Source: a virus
Lineage: Duplodnaviria; Caudoviricetes
Virus record (IMG/VR): IMGVR_UViG_3300042013_000103
Length of the DNA stretch: 64,000 nt
Strand: one strand, 5' to 3'
Below are positions 38,043 to 48,824 of this stretch, piece after piece. The notes under the pieces were generated by a model. The model had not been told where the DNA came from and made no database searches. It saw only the letters and a program-made list of their open reading frames with translations. Both the position numbers and the translations under genes were made by a program. Each line of letters starts with the position of its first letter. The stretch's first letter is position 1.

Positions 38043-39698
38043 ATGAAAAAGGTGTTAACTCCTTTTAACATTAGTTTGTTAATCCCCACCAAGGCCCAGT
38101 TGTCCTTACTCGGCCAGGTCACCAGTCACGAGATTTTTGAAGGACTCGGTGGGAATTTCCATGAACAGGGATTGTTCTCGGTGAGCATCTTTGGACGGGT
38201 AGGCAGCAACGCTCGAGAATCCAACTTCGGTTACATACACTTGGGGCTTTCAGTATTGCACCCCTTGGTCTACCGAACCCTGATCAAGCTCAAGCGTTTT
38301 TATGAACAGCTGATTCAAGGTCATGCCTACGCCAAGTGGGACGACGCGGCCAAAGACTTTGTCCCGGCGGGGGAACTCGAAGGCCAAACGGGCATGACGT
38401 TCTTTCTGCAGCACTGGCAGAAGATCAACTTCAAGACCTCTGAAAGTTCCGCCCGAAAGATTCGCCTGGATCTGATTGAAAAGTACAAGCACCGCGCTTT
38501 GCTCACCGACATGCTGGTGTCCCCTGCGGCGTTCCGGGACGTGGAGATCGGGGCAGACGGTCGAACGGCCATGGACGAAATCAACGACAAGTACCGGTAC
38601 CTGCTGAACCAATCCAAAGGCATCCCGGAACACTTCGGTCCGAACGACGACGTGTCGATCTATGACCGCAAACGCGTGGCCATGCAGTTCACCTGCAACG
38701 AGATCTACGAACACTACGAACGGTTGCTGTCGGGCAAAGGTGGGTACATCCAAGCCAAGTGGGCTTCCCGCCGGATCTTCAACGGCACCCGAAACGTGTT
38801 GACCTCGATGGACACCAACTCGGCGGACCTGGACTCGGCGCACCGCGTGCGGTTCAACGACGCGACGGTGGGACTCTACCAGTCGGCACGGGGGATCTTA
38901 CCCAAGGTTATCCACGGCATCCAACAGAACACCCCAGTGCGTGAAATCTTCGGGGGGTTGTCGAACCGGGTGGAACTGGTCAACCAGAAAACCCTGCTGC
39001 GGGAATGGGTGGAACTGAACTCGGAGGAAGTCGACCGCTGGACCACGGTCAAAGGGGTGGACAAAACCATCAACGAGATTGAGGTGGCTGAGAAGCGTAC
39101 CCGTCCGGTGATCGTGGGGGGTCATTACCTGTATTTGATTTATGCCGACGATGCTGGCAACTACCGCATCCTCCGGGACATCTCGGAACTGCCGGCTGAC
39201 AAAGAACGTCGCTTCGTGCGCCCGATCACCTACGGGGAAATGATCTACCTGTGTTGCTTGGACGTGTGGCGGGAAACGGCCGGGTTCGTGACCCGTTACC
39301 CGGTGGAGAATTACAACTCCTCGATCCCGATCATGCTTTACGTCAAGACCACGGTCAAAGGCGAAGTGCGCTACCCGCTCAATGACAACTGGGAACGGGA
39401 CGAGTCCCTGCCGGTGGCCGTGGAGTTCCCGGTGTTCGAACTGGGCAAACCCGCATCCTGGCACGACTCGGTGGCGGTCTCTCCTGCTTACTTAAGTAGC
39501 CTTGGTGCCGATTTCGACGGGGACACCGTGTCCATCCTGCTGGTGTACTCCGACGAAGCCGTGGCCGAAGCGAAAGCCTTCTTCGACTCACGCATTGCTT
39601 ATATAAAGGCCGGTGGTGGTTTGGCCTTCAGTGCGAACATCCACACGCTCAACCTCACGCTCCGTTACATGACCGGCGAACCTAAAAGTAGGGTTTAA
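38043..39698 (+). CDS. rpoC: virion RNA polymerase beta' subunit (N-terminal piece), phiKZ gp180-like
   Basis: Catalytic LGADFDGD; GLFSVSIFG..G; FGYI.L...VLHP; GKGGYIQ..W..R. Confidence 0.95.
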   Translation: MKKVLTPFNISLLIPTKAQLSLLGQVTSHEIFEGLGGNFHEQGLFSVSIFGRVGSNARESNFGYIHLGLSVLHPLVYRTLIKLKRFYEQLIQGHAYAKWDDAAKDFVPAGELEGQTGMTFFLQHWQKINFKTSESSARKIRLDLIEKYKHRALLTDMLVSPAAFRDVEIGADGRTAMDEINDKYRYLLNQSKGIPEHFGPNDDVSIYDRKRVAMQFTCNEIYEHYERLLSGKGGYIQAKWASRRIFNGTRNVLTSMDTNSADLDSAHRVRFNDATVGLYQSARGILPKVIHGIQQNTPVREIFGGLSNRVELVNQKTLLREWVELNSEEVDRWTTVKGVDKTINEIEVAEKRTRPVIVGGHYLYLIYADDAGNYRILRDISELPADKERRFVRPITYGEMIYLCCLDVWRETAGFVTRYPVENYNSSIPIMLYVKTTVKGEVRYPLNDNWERDESLPVAVEFPVFELGKPASWHDSVAVSPAYLSSLGADFDGDTVSILLVYSDEAVAEAKAFFDSRIAYIKAGGGLAFSANIHTLNLTLRYMTGEPKSRV

Positions 39699-39700
39699 CC

Positions 39701-42700
39701 ATGCGTTTAAAAATAGTACCGTTTCTGAAAGCGTTCGGCTTGCGTCAAGCGGCCAACCTGCAGAACCCGCGTTTGATTCCCATCGCTAAGCTGGAACTGC
39801 CGCTCGAGTCCATCTTCCATTTCTTCGTGGACAACAAAGCGGCCCGTGGCCCTACGCAAACCGACCCCCTGTTCAACCGCCTGCAGGGCAAGACGTACTT
39901 GGAACACGTGACGGAGCTGGTGTCGTTTGAAGGCAACCCTCGTCAGACGGCGTTGAAAGCCCCGCTGTTGATCAACGAGTTCCGTCGGACCAACCGGTTC
40001 TTCAAACCGTTGATGCGGGACCAAGCGTTGCCGTTGAACCAGCAGAACACGCTGATCGTCAACTACAACCTGCTGCCGGCCTTGTACCGTTACCAGGACA
40101 CGTTCAAAGCCCATTGGTTCCGTTGGTCGAACGAACACCGGACCTTCTGGACCCACGTAGCGGCCACCCACCGTCGGTTTGGTTGGAACCAGTTCGTGGA
40201 GGTGCACCTGCCGGAGAACATGCCGTCGCTGTCCGAGTTCCGTCGCATGGCGTCGGGGCAACCGGCCGTGGCCATGGAAGCCTTAGTGAATGACGCAGCT
40301 GGACTGGAAGCGTTCACCATGGAGCTCATGCAGGCCTTTGGTCAAGACTCGCAGCTTAACCTCCTCGACCTGTACAACTGGCTGGGTAACCGCCGGGAAA
40401 CGTCGTTGATGTCGGTGGTGCCACCAGAGGCGTACGAGAAGCTCAACCTGCTGTTCCGGGTGCAGGGCAGTTTCTTCGTGATCAACCTTGGGCAACTGGA
40501 CGAATGGCGGAAGAACCCCGAAGCCACGGCCGAGGTGTTGTTGGGGGCTGATGGTAAACCCCGTGACCTGAAGTTGAGCCCGTTGACCGAAGCCGAGAAG
40601 CTGGAGATCGCGGCGCAGACCAAAGGACTGGACGGGGAAATGCTGCAACGTCGGTTCTTGTCGCTGATCGCGGCGATGATCGAGTTCAAAGCGGGGAACT
40701 CCACGCTGTTGGAACTGGACCCGGTGGACGCTGCCCAGCACCAACAAGAACTGGTGGACCATTCGGAACTCCCGGACGCCAAGGCTCCAGGGGACGACGA
40801 AGAAGAGGAAGAGTCTGCGGAACTGCCTACCGCGGCGGCGCCGTTGTTCGAAGAACTCGAACTGATGGACCTCGACTTCAAAGAAACCACCTACACCCCA
40901 CCGGACCCTGAGCTGTTCAAAACCCAGCTGGTGGTGGAGACCGATGAACTGGCGGCCGCTAAGGGCGCTGACGGGACGATCGAACCCACGGCCCCAGTCC
41001 GGGTCCTGCGGGTGACGGAAGAACCTGAGGTGGTGCGTGATGCCCCTCCATTGCTGAAAGCGGTGGTCAAAGACGCCCACGACATGTACCGGGTCGGGTT
41101 GATCTCGGCCGGCACGTTCGAACGCGCCATTGAAGACGCCCAGTCGTACCAGCGGATTCCCAACCCGTTTGGGGAAGGCACCATCGAAGAAGCGATGCAG
41201 TACCAAGAGTCGGATTACCAGATTCCGGCAGACACTGCGTTCCGTGACAGCAAGACCGTGTTCGACAAGTCCATGCTTTCGTCCAAACTGCAACCGATGC
41301 AACGCAAGTACATCAAGACCCTGTTGCCGAAGGACATCTTGAACTGCGTGGTCGCCGCCCAGAAACAAGGTGCGGCGTTGCTGGACTACAAGGTCACGGA
41401 AGTCAAGGATTTGATGAACCACTATCAAATCCACAAGATCGTCATGAAGCCGGTGCGCGGTAAAGCCTCGCCGTTGATGTTCAAGATCCCAGTGATCGAC
41501 GACGACGGCCGCTTCCGTTACAACGGCGTGACTTACCGTCAACGCCTGCAACGCGGGGACAAGCCGATCCGTAAAGTCAGCCCGACCTCGGTGGCGTTGA
41601 CCTCATACTACAACAAGACCTTCGTGTTCCGTTCCAAGCTGGCGGCGAACAACTTTGACGAATGGCTCTGCCGGGAAATCCGCAGCCGAAACATGGACGA
41701 GAAAGATTCGTCCGTGCACGACGTGCAGTTTGCCGAGTTGATCCAGTCCGAGTACCACCTGCCACGCATCTACACCCTGTTGGGTTCCGCATTCCGCGCC
41801 CTGGGCAGTAACCAGTACAACTTGTACTTCCGTTACAAGGACCGGGTGGAGCACTTCGAGAAAACCTACGGTATTAATGTGGCGTCGTTTGAAACGCCGG
41901 ACATGGTGGTGGTCGGGGCGGTTGGCAAAGACCCTATCCTGCTCGACTTCAAATCCCAGTTCTACCTGTTGAAGGGCGGGGACCTGGAACCGTTGGGGGA
42001 CGTCTGTGACCTGATAGGGATCGACCAAACCACGGCGTCGATTGAAGCGGTAGTAATGTCGGTGTCCAACAAAGACCTGCCGGTCGGGTTTGTGATTGCG
42101 TACCAATCTGGGTTGACCAAGCTGCTGGAGACCTTGGGGGTGACTTACACCCGCCATGCGCGGGCTGAACGTTTGACCTTGAGCCCGGACAACTACGTCT
42201 TGACCTTCATGGACGAGAAGCTGGTGTTCTCCCGCAATGACTACAAAGCCACGTTGGTGCTGGCCGGGTTCCTGCAGTTCCGCAAGTCGTTGGTGAACTA
42301 CTCCATCTACGACTTTGATCGCAAGGACGTGTACTACCGGTTGATGGAAGACAAGGGCATGAACGCCCGGTACCTGCGGGAAATCGAGTCCCTGTATAAA
42401 AGCTGGATGGACCCGATCACCGAAGGCATCTTGTTGTCCATGGACGAACCGACGGACTTCGAAGCGTTGCTGTACCGCTCTGTGGAGCTGCTGATGACGG
42501 ATTGGAGTCCGTCTGAGGTCGATGGTGCTTACATGCGCTATCGTGGCTACGAACGCATGGCAGGGACGATCTACAACGAACTGACCGCCTCGATCAAACG
42601 CTTCCGGGCGCGCAACACCGACGTGCAGATTCAGATGGACCCGCACGAGATCTGGCGCCGGATTGTGGCTGACCCTACCGTGGCCACGATTGAAGACGCC

Positions 42701-44131
42701 AACCCGATTGCCCAGATCCGCGAACAGGAAGCCATGACGTACCGCGGTGCGGGTGGTCGAGGTTCCCAGTCGATGGTGGCCCGTACCCGTATCTACAACG
42801 AAGCGGACTTGGGGGTGGTGTCGGAATCCACGGTGGACTCGGGTGACGTGGGCGTGATCGCTTACTTGACCCAAGACCCTAACTTTACCGACATGCGGTA
42901 CAACAGCCGTCCGTTTGATCATGCGAGTGAAAGCCCAGGTAAGCTGCTCTCCACCTGTTCCCAACTTGCAGTAGCGTCGACGAACGACGACTCGAAGCGG
43001 ATTGCCTTTATCAGCATCCAACAACAGCAAGGCGTGTACGCGGATGGTTATTCGGTAACGCCGTTGCGGACGGGTGGGGAAGGCATCGTTGCTCAGCGGA
43101 CGGGTGACATGTTTGCTGGCACCGCCGAACAAGACGGCGTCGTGAAATCCATCACCGAACACGGGATCATCGTGCAGTACTTGGATGGTTCGGAACGCGG
43201 TTGGCAGCTCGGCACCCGCCACGGTTCCGCCGCCGGTACTAACTACCCGCACTCGCTGGTCACGGACATGGTGGTCGGGGAACGGTTCCAGAAGGGGGAC
43301 TCGGTTGCTTACAACGAGAAGTACTTCGCCAAAGACCGCCTGAGCCCTAAGCAGGTCCTGTGGAAGGCCGGGGTGATGGTCACCGTGGCGTTCAGCGATA
43401 ACCTGGACACGTTGGAAGACGGTTCCGTGGTTTCGGAAGAAGTGGCGCGTCAGCTGAATACCCAAACCACCAAGGTCAAAGACATTCACGTGCGGTTCGA
43501 CCAGAATGTTTACGACGTGGTCAAGGTGGGGGATAAAGTAGACCTGGAGTCAATTCTATGTATTATCGAAGACCCCGAAGCCGGCGGTAACACGCTGTTT
43601 GACGATTCGACCCGTGCCGCACTGATGCGGATGTCAGCCTTCTCGCCTACCTCAGGTGTGGTCGGTGAAATCTCCAAGATCGAAGTGTTCTATCACGGCG
43701 ACCTGGAAGACATGTCAGGTTCCTTGGCGAAGCTGGCAAAAGAGTCGGACAAACAACGCTTAGCCATTGCTACTGCAACCGGCGGGGACGTTTACACGGG
43801 GGAAGTGGACGAAGACTTCCGCACTGGTGGGGAAGGCCTTGAGCTGGAGAACATGGTTATTCGGGTTTACATCGACCACGACGTTCCGTTTGTTTCGGGC
43901 GACAAAGCGGTGGTGTGCAACCAGATGAAAACCGTGGCTTCCCGTGTCATGGTCGGTACCAACAAAACGGCAGACGGTCGAGACATCGGCCTGATCTTCG
44001 GCAACACTTCCGTGGAAGAACGGATGGTCTTGTCGCCTAAAATTATTGCTTGCTACAGCATCCTTCAACTCGAAGCGGGTAAACATGTAGCGGGCGTCTT
44101 CAGAGGAACTAGCAATGCAAAAGCTCAGTAA
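39701..44131 (+). CDS. rpoB: virion RNA polymerase beta subunit, phiKZ gp178-like
   Basis: QQQQG..., LEDGSVVSE, GDK.., SGDK..V.NQMKTV, D..GLIF motifs; follows the beta' gene. Confidence 0.93.
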   Translation: MRLKIVPFLKAFGLRQAANLQNPRLIPIAKLELPLESIFHFFVDNKAARGPTQTDPLFNRLQGKTYLEHVTELVSFEGNPRQTALKAPLLINEFRRTNRFFKPLMRDQALPLNQQNTLIVNYNLLPALYRYQDTFKAHWFRWSNEHRTFWTHVAATHRRFGWNQFVEVHLPENMPSLSEFRRMASGQPAVAMEALVNDAAGLEAFTMELMQAFGQDSQLNLLDLYNWLGNRRETSLMSVVPPEAYEKLNLLFRVQGSFFVINLGQLDEWRKNPEATAEVLLGADGKPRDLKLSPLTEAEKLEIAAQTKGLDGEMLQRRFLSLIAAMIEFKAGNSTLLELDPVDAAQHQQELVDHSELPDAKAPGDDEEEEESAELPTAAAPLFEELELMDLDFKETTYTPPDPELFKTQLVVETDELAAAKGADGTIEPTAPVRVLRVTEEPEVVRDAPPLLKAVVKDAHDMYRVGLISAGTFERAIEDAQSYQRIPNPFGEGTIEEAMQYQESDYQIPADTAFRDSKTVFDKSMLSSKLQPMQRKYIKTLLPKDILNCVVAAQKQGAALLDYKVTEVKDLMNHYQIHKIVMKPVRGKASPLMFKIPVIDDDGRFRYNGVTYRQRLQRGDKPIRKVSPTSVALTSYYNKTFVFRSKLAANNFDEWLCREIRSRNMDEKDSSVHDVQFAELIQSEYHLPRIYTLLGSAFRALGSNQYNLYFRYKDRVEHFEKTYGINVASFETPDMVVVGAVGKDPILLDFKSQFYLLKGGDLEPLGDVCDLIGIDQTTASIEAVVMSVSNKDLPVGFVIAYQSGLTKLLETLGVTYTRHARAERLTLSPDNYVLTFMDEKLVFSRNDYKATLVLAGFLQFRKSLVNYSIYDFDRKDVYYRLMEDKGMNARYLREIESLYKSWMDPITEGILLSMDEPTDFEALLYRSVELLMTDWSPSEVDGAYMRYRGYERMAGTIYNELTASIKRFRARNTDVQIQMDPHEIWRRIVADPTVATIEDANPIAQIREQEAMTYRGAGGRGSQSMVARTRIYNEADLGVVSESTVDSGDVGVIAYLTQDPNFTDMRYNSRPFDHASESPGKLLSTCSQLAVASTNDDSKRIAFISIQQQQGVYADGYSVTPLRTGGEGIVAQRTGDMFAGTAEQDGVVKSITEHGIIVQYLDGSERGWQLGTRHGSAAGTNYPHSLVTDMVVGERFQKGDSVAYNEKYFAKDRLSPKQVLWKAGVMVTVAFSDNLDTLEDGSVVSEEVARQLNTQTTKVKDIHVRFDQNVYDVVKVGDKVDLESILCIIEDPEAGGNTLFDDSTRAALMRMSAFSPTSGVVGEISKIEVFYHGDLEDMSGSLAKLAKESDKQRLAIATATGGDVYTGEVDEDFRTGGEGLELENMVIRVYIDHDVPFVSGDKAVVCNQMKTVASRVMVGTNKTADGRDIGLIFGNTSVEERMVLSPKIIACYSILQLEAGKHVAGVFRGTSNAKAQ

Positions 44132-44312
44132 TAACGTGGTACATGGACAAAACCTGACCGTCATGTCCGGGGCTGTGGAATTCGGTACGGAGTTGTTTCT
44201 CCGTGCCCTCAACGCGGAGGCTTCGGCCACCACGCTGAATGGTGAGTTCCTGACCATCGAAGATATCAAACAAGCCATCGCTACCCGGTTTGCAAGCCAG
44301 AAAGGCATTTAA
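44115..44312 (+). CDS. small hypothetical protein
   Basis: 65 aa; GAGG SD; overlaps the beta stop; coding-type codon bias. Confidence 0.6.
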   Translation: MQKLSNNVVHGQNLTVMSGAVEFGTELFLRALNAEASATTLNGEFLTIEDIKQAIATRFASQKGI

Positions 44313-44322
44313 GGAGTTCCCC

Positions 44323-46026
44323 ATGTACAACGCTGAAACTATGGACGCGGTGCGCACATCCGCACAGATTCTCACCGAATCCAGTCGCGTCCTGACGGTA
44401 GGTAACCCTGAGTCTCCTCTGGCCCGGTATTTGGATTCGTACAACATCGACACGGAGTCCACCCGGACTCCCGTCAGTGACGAGATGCTGGCAGCGACCG
44501 AGGAGTACTTCGAAGAGATCAACCAAGAACCCACTCCGTTGCGCGCTGAAGAAAACGAATCGTTGCTCGACCAAGCCGCCAAAGGTTTGAGCGTGTTCCA
44601 GTTCAACGCCCGGAACGTGATCGTGCCGGCCATCGATGACATGGCCCGCAACTTCGCCGAACGGTACCGTGTGATCACGCAGCCGGACCTGGACATCACC
44701 ACCTACAACTACGACGCGATCCACTCGGCACCGGAACTCACCAACCACCTGACCCGTTACGACGCCGTCAGCCCTCGGGCGGAATACCGGACGTTCCTGC
44801 TGGCCAAGCGCTCCGCGGCCGAGATCATTCAACTGGTCGCCGAGAACAACGCGCATTTGTCCACGGAAGAAGTGACCTCCTGGGCCTTGAAAATCCCAGC
44901 GGCCACCATCGAACAAGTCTGGGCGGATCTGTTCTCCGGCAGCCGTGCCTTGGCACCGGGTCAACTGCGTTACGTGCGCGGCATGGACACTGCGGGTTCG
45001 ATCGACCCCCTGACCTTGGCGTACTTCATTGCCGGTGCGTTCCTGGACAACCCACAAGAAGTCTTGGCGGAAGACGTGGGCCTGCCGGAATGGGAAGTGG
45101 CCATTCAGATGCTGCACGAAATGTTTGGCTTCTACTTGGCCCGTGCGCACCAGCGCCGTGCTGACGACAAGCAAGACGGTGTGGTGGTGCTGGGTTCGGA
45201 AGCGACCAACGCCATCGAAGAGCGCCGTGTGCGCATCGTGCTGAACGGTGACGTGGCGGGTCCATGGCTGGACGCCGGTAACGACGTGCAGGCGATCATC
45301 GGTGCCGTGCTGGAGTCGCCGTCTAACGTGACCCTGGCCACCGTGGAAGGCAAAGGTGAGTACTTCGTGAACCGCTGGCAGTCGGTGTACCCACTGATCA
45401 AGCAAGCGGCCCAAGATTATGCGGACCGCTCTGCGCGGACCGAAGTGGTCAAGGCCTTCCTCGAAGTGGCGGCCACCAACGAAGCGCTGCAGGCCGTGGG
45501 TGTGGTGGACCTGGGTAACCTGGTGCAAGACGCCGTGCGCAGCCTGCGCCAAGACGACATCCGCAACCCGTTCAAATCCTTCGGGTATCTGATCTGCCGC
45601 ACCTTCTACACCGACAACGTGTATTGGGAATTCCTGTGCAACATGGACGACTACAGCAAACAGCACCCTGGCGCTACCGGTCGTGAACTGGCTACCCAAG
45701 CACTGTTCACGCTGATCGCCGTGTGGCTGGCAGACCAAACCGTGATCGTGCCTTACCAGGCGGACATTGCGGTCGGAGCGGTCGTGCCTTCGGCGCACCA
45801 CGATGACGAGGGGGAACCTACCGGTCCGGAAGTCGCGGACGCGGTGCAACAGGCCGTGGTCGGTGAAGTTCCGGGTTCGGAAGAACCTCACGAAATGGAA
45901 ATGACGCCAGAAGGCGCCGCGGCATTCCACGACGACCTGCAGTCCAAGCTGGACACTGACCGGGCGACCCAGTTCGCCGAAGGTGCTCAAGCCGCCGACA
46001 CTGACCCCGCTGCATTCGGAGCGTAA
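44323..46026 (+). CDS. conserved protein, phiKZ gp177-like
   Basis: Synteny; start at ATG 44323 with AGGAG SD. Confidence 0.7.
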   Translation: MYNAETMDAVRTSAQILTESSRVLTVGNPESPLARYLDSYNIDTESTRTPVSDEMLAATEEYFEEINQEPTPLRAEENESLLDQAAKGLSVFQFNARNVIVPAIDDMARNFAERYRVITQPDLDITTYNYDAIHSAPELTNHLTRYDAVSPRAEYRTFLLAKRSAAEIIQLVAENNAHLSTEEVTSWALKIPAATIEQVWADLFSGSRALAPGQLRYVRGMDTAGSIDPLTLAYFIAGAFLDNPQEVLAEDVGLPEWEVAIQMLHEMFGFYLARAHQRRADDKQDGVVVLGSEATNAIEERRVRIVLNGDVAGPWLDAGNDVQAIIGAVLESPSNVTLATVEGKGEYFVNRWQSVYPLIKQAAQDYADRSARTEVVKAFLEVAATNEALQAVGVVDLGNLVQDAVRSLRQDDIRNPFKSFGYLICRTFYTDNVYWEFLCNMDDYSKQHPGATGRELATQALFTLIAVWLADQTVIVPYQADIAVGAVVPSAHHDDEGEPTGPEVADAVQQAVVGEVPGSEEPHEMEMTPEGAAAFHDDLQSKLDTDRATQFAEGAQAADTDPAAFGA

Positions 46027-46030
46027 CTAA

Positions 46031-46750
46031 ATGGGCACGTTGAAGCGTGATGCTAAACGTGTTCTTAGTCACCTGCACTTGCAAGAAGATGGGAGCGTCA
46101 TCACCGACGCTCCTTGCACCATTGAGATCCCTGTTCGGTTTACCGAGCGGAACTTGGCAGTGCTCGGGAGTGATGTCTTTACCATCGGCTTCTTCCCGAT
46201 CATCTTCAACGGTGAGTACTACGGGGTTAATAACACGATTGGGATGGTGCAGATTGTCCCAAGCAGTACCGAGAAAGTTATTCGTGGTGGTAAAGACGAG
46301 TACTACGCCTTCAGTTTCCAACGGGGCGACGTGCTCTTTAAGTCAGTGGACATCGTGGTCAACGACACCCTCACTTATTACCTGTATAACGAGTTTGTCT
46401 CCATGGGGAACATCCCGTGGTACATGAACTACTACGATACGGCCAACATGTTTGAAACCGCCTTTGAGCACGCGGGCGTGACGCTGGGGGCTCGTTCGAT
46501 TCTGGAACTGATCATCTCCACCATCACCCGTGACTCGACGGACCTCACGCGGCTGTATCGCCACATCCTGTCTTCCCACGAGGACATCTGGACCAAACCA
46601 CCCGTCACGGTTCCCTTTAAGTCCGTTATCTGGAACACCGCGGACACCGTGTCGAAACTCAACGGCGCTAACTTCAACGACGGCATCACTTCGGCCGTGG
46701 TGAACCCCAGCGAAAACGTTGAGTTGATCGAAGAACTTTTAAGGACGTAA
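46031..46750 (+). CDS. conserved protein, phiKZ gp176-like
   Basis: Synteny between the gp177-like gene and the protease. Confidence 0.7.
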   Translation: MGTLKRDAKRVLSHLHLQEDGSVITDAPCTIEIPVRFTERNLAVLGSDVFTIGFFPIIFNGEYYGVNNTIGMVQIVPSSTEKVIRGGKDEYYAFSFQRGDVLFKSVDIVVNDTLTYYLYNEFVSMGNIPWYMNYYDTANMFETAFEHAGVTLGARSILELIISTITRDSTDLTRLYRHILSSHEDIWTKPPVTVPFKSVIWNTADTVSKLNGANFNDGITSAVVNPSENVELIEELLRT

Positions 46751-46754
46751 TGCC

Positions 46755-47600
46755 ATGAACGCTCCCTATCGCAAGACGCGAGGATTTGAAAGCACTGCCC
46801 CTGGAGCCAGTACCCCGAACCAAGTCCGCGTGGGTTGCACCATGCTGGCCGGTACGGGCAAGAAAGGCATTCTGACCCCCGATGCAGATGGTTACTACAT
46901 CCTCGTGGTGGGGTCCTACGGGACCAAGAACTCAGCAGGCATGTTCTACGACGGTCCTTCGGGCTGTTCGATGTTTAACCCGGGCACTCCCCTGATGCGC
47001 CGCTTGGCCAAGGGCGTGCTCTACATGGAATTCAAACACCCTGAACCGTTCTGGAAAGACGGTCGCCGCATGAACGACACGGAGTACCTCGGACGCATTC
47101 GTCAAATCGACGATGACCGGGTCTGCGCACACATTCGGGCGTTGACGGTGGTCGACGGGGTGAACGAAGACGGCCAGCCATGCAAGCTGGTGATCGCCGA
47201 AGCCAAGCCTTACGGCCCGTACGGGAAGCACTTCCAAGACTCTTTGGACAACCCGTCACAGAACACCTACTGCTCGGTGCGCTCGATCACCCAAGACGAC
47301 ATGATGCGTGGCATCAAGTACACCCGTGAAATCTCCACCTGGGACTTCGTGGGCGAAGGCGGTATCTTCACCGCCAACAAGTACAACTCCCCCGCACTGG
47401 AATCCTTCGGTGCAGTGGAAACCGAACAAAGCTTCGAAATGGAAATCACCCCCGCCACGCTATGGAAAGCACAGAAGGAAGCCCGGAAGTTAACGCGCCT
47501 CGGTCTCGAATCGTCGGCGCACGACGTCTCGGACTTGATCACGACACTGGGTTGGGAACGTAAAGTGCAAGCGGCGCGTCCTGCCTACATGAAGTGGTAA
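46755..47600 (+). CDS. prohead (head maturation) protease, phiKZ gp175-like
   Basis: EFKHP (catalytic His), CSVRS (catalytic Ser), TWD (Asp), C-terminal ALE/GLE self-cleavage sites; synteny. Confidence 0.85.
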   Translation: MNAPYRKTRGFESTAPGASTPNQVRVGCTMLAGTGKKGILTPDADGYYILVVGSYGTKNSAGMFYDGPSGCSMFNPGTPLMRRLAKGVLYMEFKHPEPFWKDGRRMNDTEYLGRIRQIDDDRVCAHIRALTVVDGVNEDGQPCKLVIAEAKPYGPYGKHFQDSLDNPSQNTYCSVRSITQDDMMRGIKYTREISTWDFVGEGGIFTANKYNSPALESFGAVETEQSFEMEITPATLWKAQKEARKLTRLGLESSAHDVSDLITTLGWERKVQAARPAYMKW

Positions 47601-47616
47601 AAAAGAAACGGCATAA

Positions 47617-47638
47617 GCCCTCTCCCGAAGGAGAGGGC
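47617..47638. terminator. bidirectional terminator (UUCG loop on minus strand)
   Basis: GCCCTCTCC/GGAGAGGGC between convergent genes. Confidence 0.85.
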
Positions 47639-47658
47639 AATATGTTGTCTCGCGCTGT

Positions 47659-48729
47659 TTACAGGATCGCAATGCCCGGGTACATTTCTTTCAACAAATC
47701 CTGGGCCCGCATGGTGGTGTAGAACGGCGCGGTGATGACGGGGCCACGATACAGGGCGGAGGTCATGAAGCACAGTTGGGCGTGTTCCGACGCTTGACCG
47801 ATGACCCCTAGGTTCCAGACTTTCTCAGCACCCCGGTAGGTTTCAAACCAGTCCGGCTTCAGCAGGTCCAAGGCGTACACCAACCGGGTCAGGCGGGTTG
47901 GGTAATCCCCTGGGGTGGTGCCTTCTACAAAGGTGTAGTTGGCCAGCATCAGGGTGGCAAAGTTCGGGGTCTCGGCCACCAGCGGTTTGGGGTTGGGGAT
48001 GTAATAGCCTGGGGCCACGGGGTCGGTGGTGGGGGGCACGTAGGTCCCAGCCAGTTCCATCAACCGAATGATGGATTCGACGTCGGAGGTGTAGCCGATT
48101 CTTGGGGCAGCGCGTTGAATGATGATCCGGGTGACTTCGGGGGATTGCCCACGGACCACTTCGTCCATCAACTCCGGAACCCCCCATTGGGAGACCTCTT
48201 CCATCACCCCCCTTAGGATCGAGGCTTCCGCCCCCAAGTCCAGCATCTTCAGCATCGGGTTACCGGAGATGTCCGACATGAACCCCACGATGGATTGCAT
48301 CTTCCCGTAGTTGTCACCTTTGAAGATCTGTTCGCCGTTCTCGGTGATCATCTTGACCGAGTTGTACGCCCCGTTGGCTTTGGACAACACGCCCGTCGGC
48401 GACTCAATGCCCATGAGGTCCTGCAAGATGGTCTTCTCGAACATCCCACCCAAGGATAGGATGTCGGCCTTAGAACCTTTCAGTGCGCCTTCCAGACGCC
48501 TCTTAGCGGACGCCAGGTCCATGCCGTTGTTCTGCAGCATGTCCTTGATGCTTTTGGTGCTGGAAATGGCTTTCTCGTACACCCCAGTCAACCCGGAGCT
48601 GAACGAGGTGATGTTGGATTTCAACGAACTGCGCACTTCCGGCGAGACTTCGTTGTAGACGTCCACCATTGCGGGGGTGTCTTCGGGCAAGCCGATAAAA
48701 GAAAACGAGGGGGCAACGGTGCTGGCCAT
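47659..48729 (-). CDS. virion structural protein, phiKZ gp174-like
   Basis: 356 aa, convergent with the protease as in phiKZ. Confidence 0.65.
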   Translation of the reverse strand: MASTVAPSFSFIGLPEDTPAMVDVYNEVSPEVRSSLKSNITSFSSGLTGVYEKAISSTKSIKDMLQNNGMDLASAKRRLEGALKGSKADILSLGGMFEKTILQDLMGIESPTGVLSKANGAYNSVKMITENGEQIFKGDNYGKMQSIVGFMSDISGNPMLKMLDLGAEASILRGVMEEVSQWGVPELMDEVVRGQSPEVTRIIIQRAAPRIGYTSDVESIIRLMELAGTYVPPTTDPVAPGYYIPNPKPLVAETPNFATLMLANYTFVEGTTPGDYPTRLTRLVYALDLLKPDWFETYRGAEKVWNLGVIGQASEHAQLCFMTSALYRGPVITAPFYTTMRAQDLLKEMYPGIAIL

Positions 48730-48783
48730 GACGAACTCCCTAAGGAAACAAAAAAATAAGACTATAGGATTAGCGGCATAGAG

Positions 48784-48800
48784 CCTCCCCCGTGAGGAGG
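48784..48800 (-). terminator. imperfect terminator hairpin
   Basis: CCTCC/GGAGG stem followed by CTCTATGCCG on the minus strand. Confidence 0.5.
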
Positions 48801-48824
48801 AGACCCATACGACGACTTACTGGC

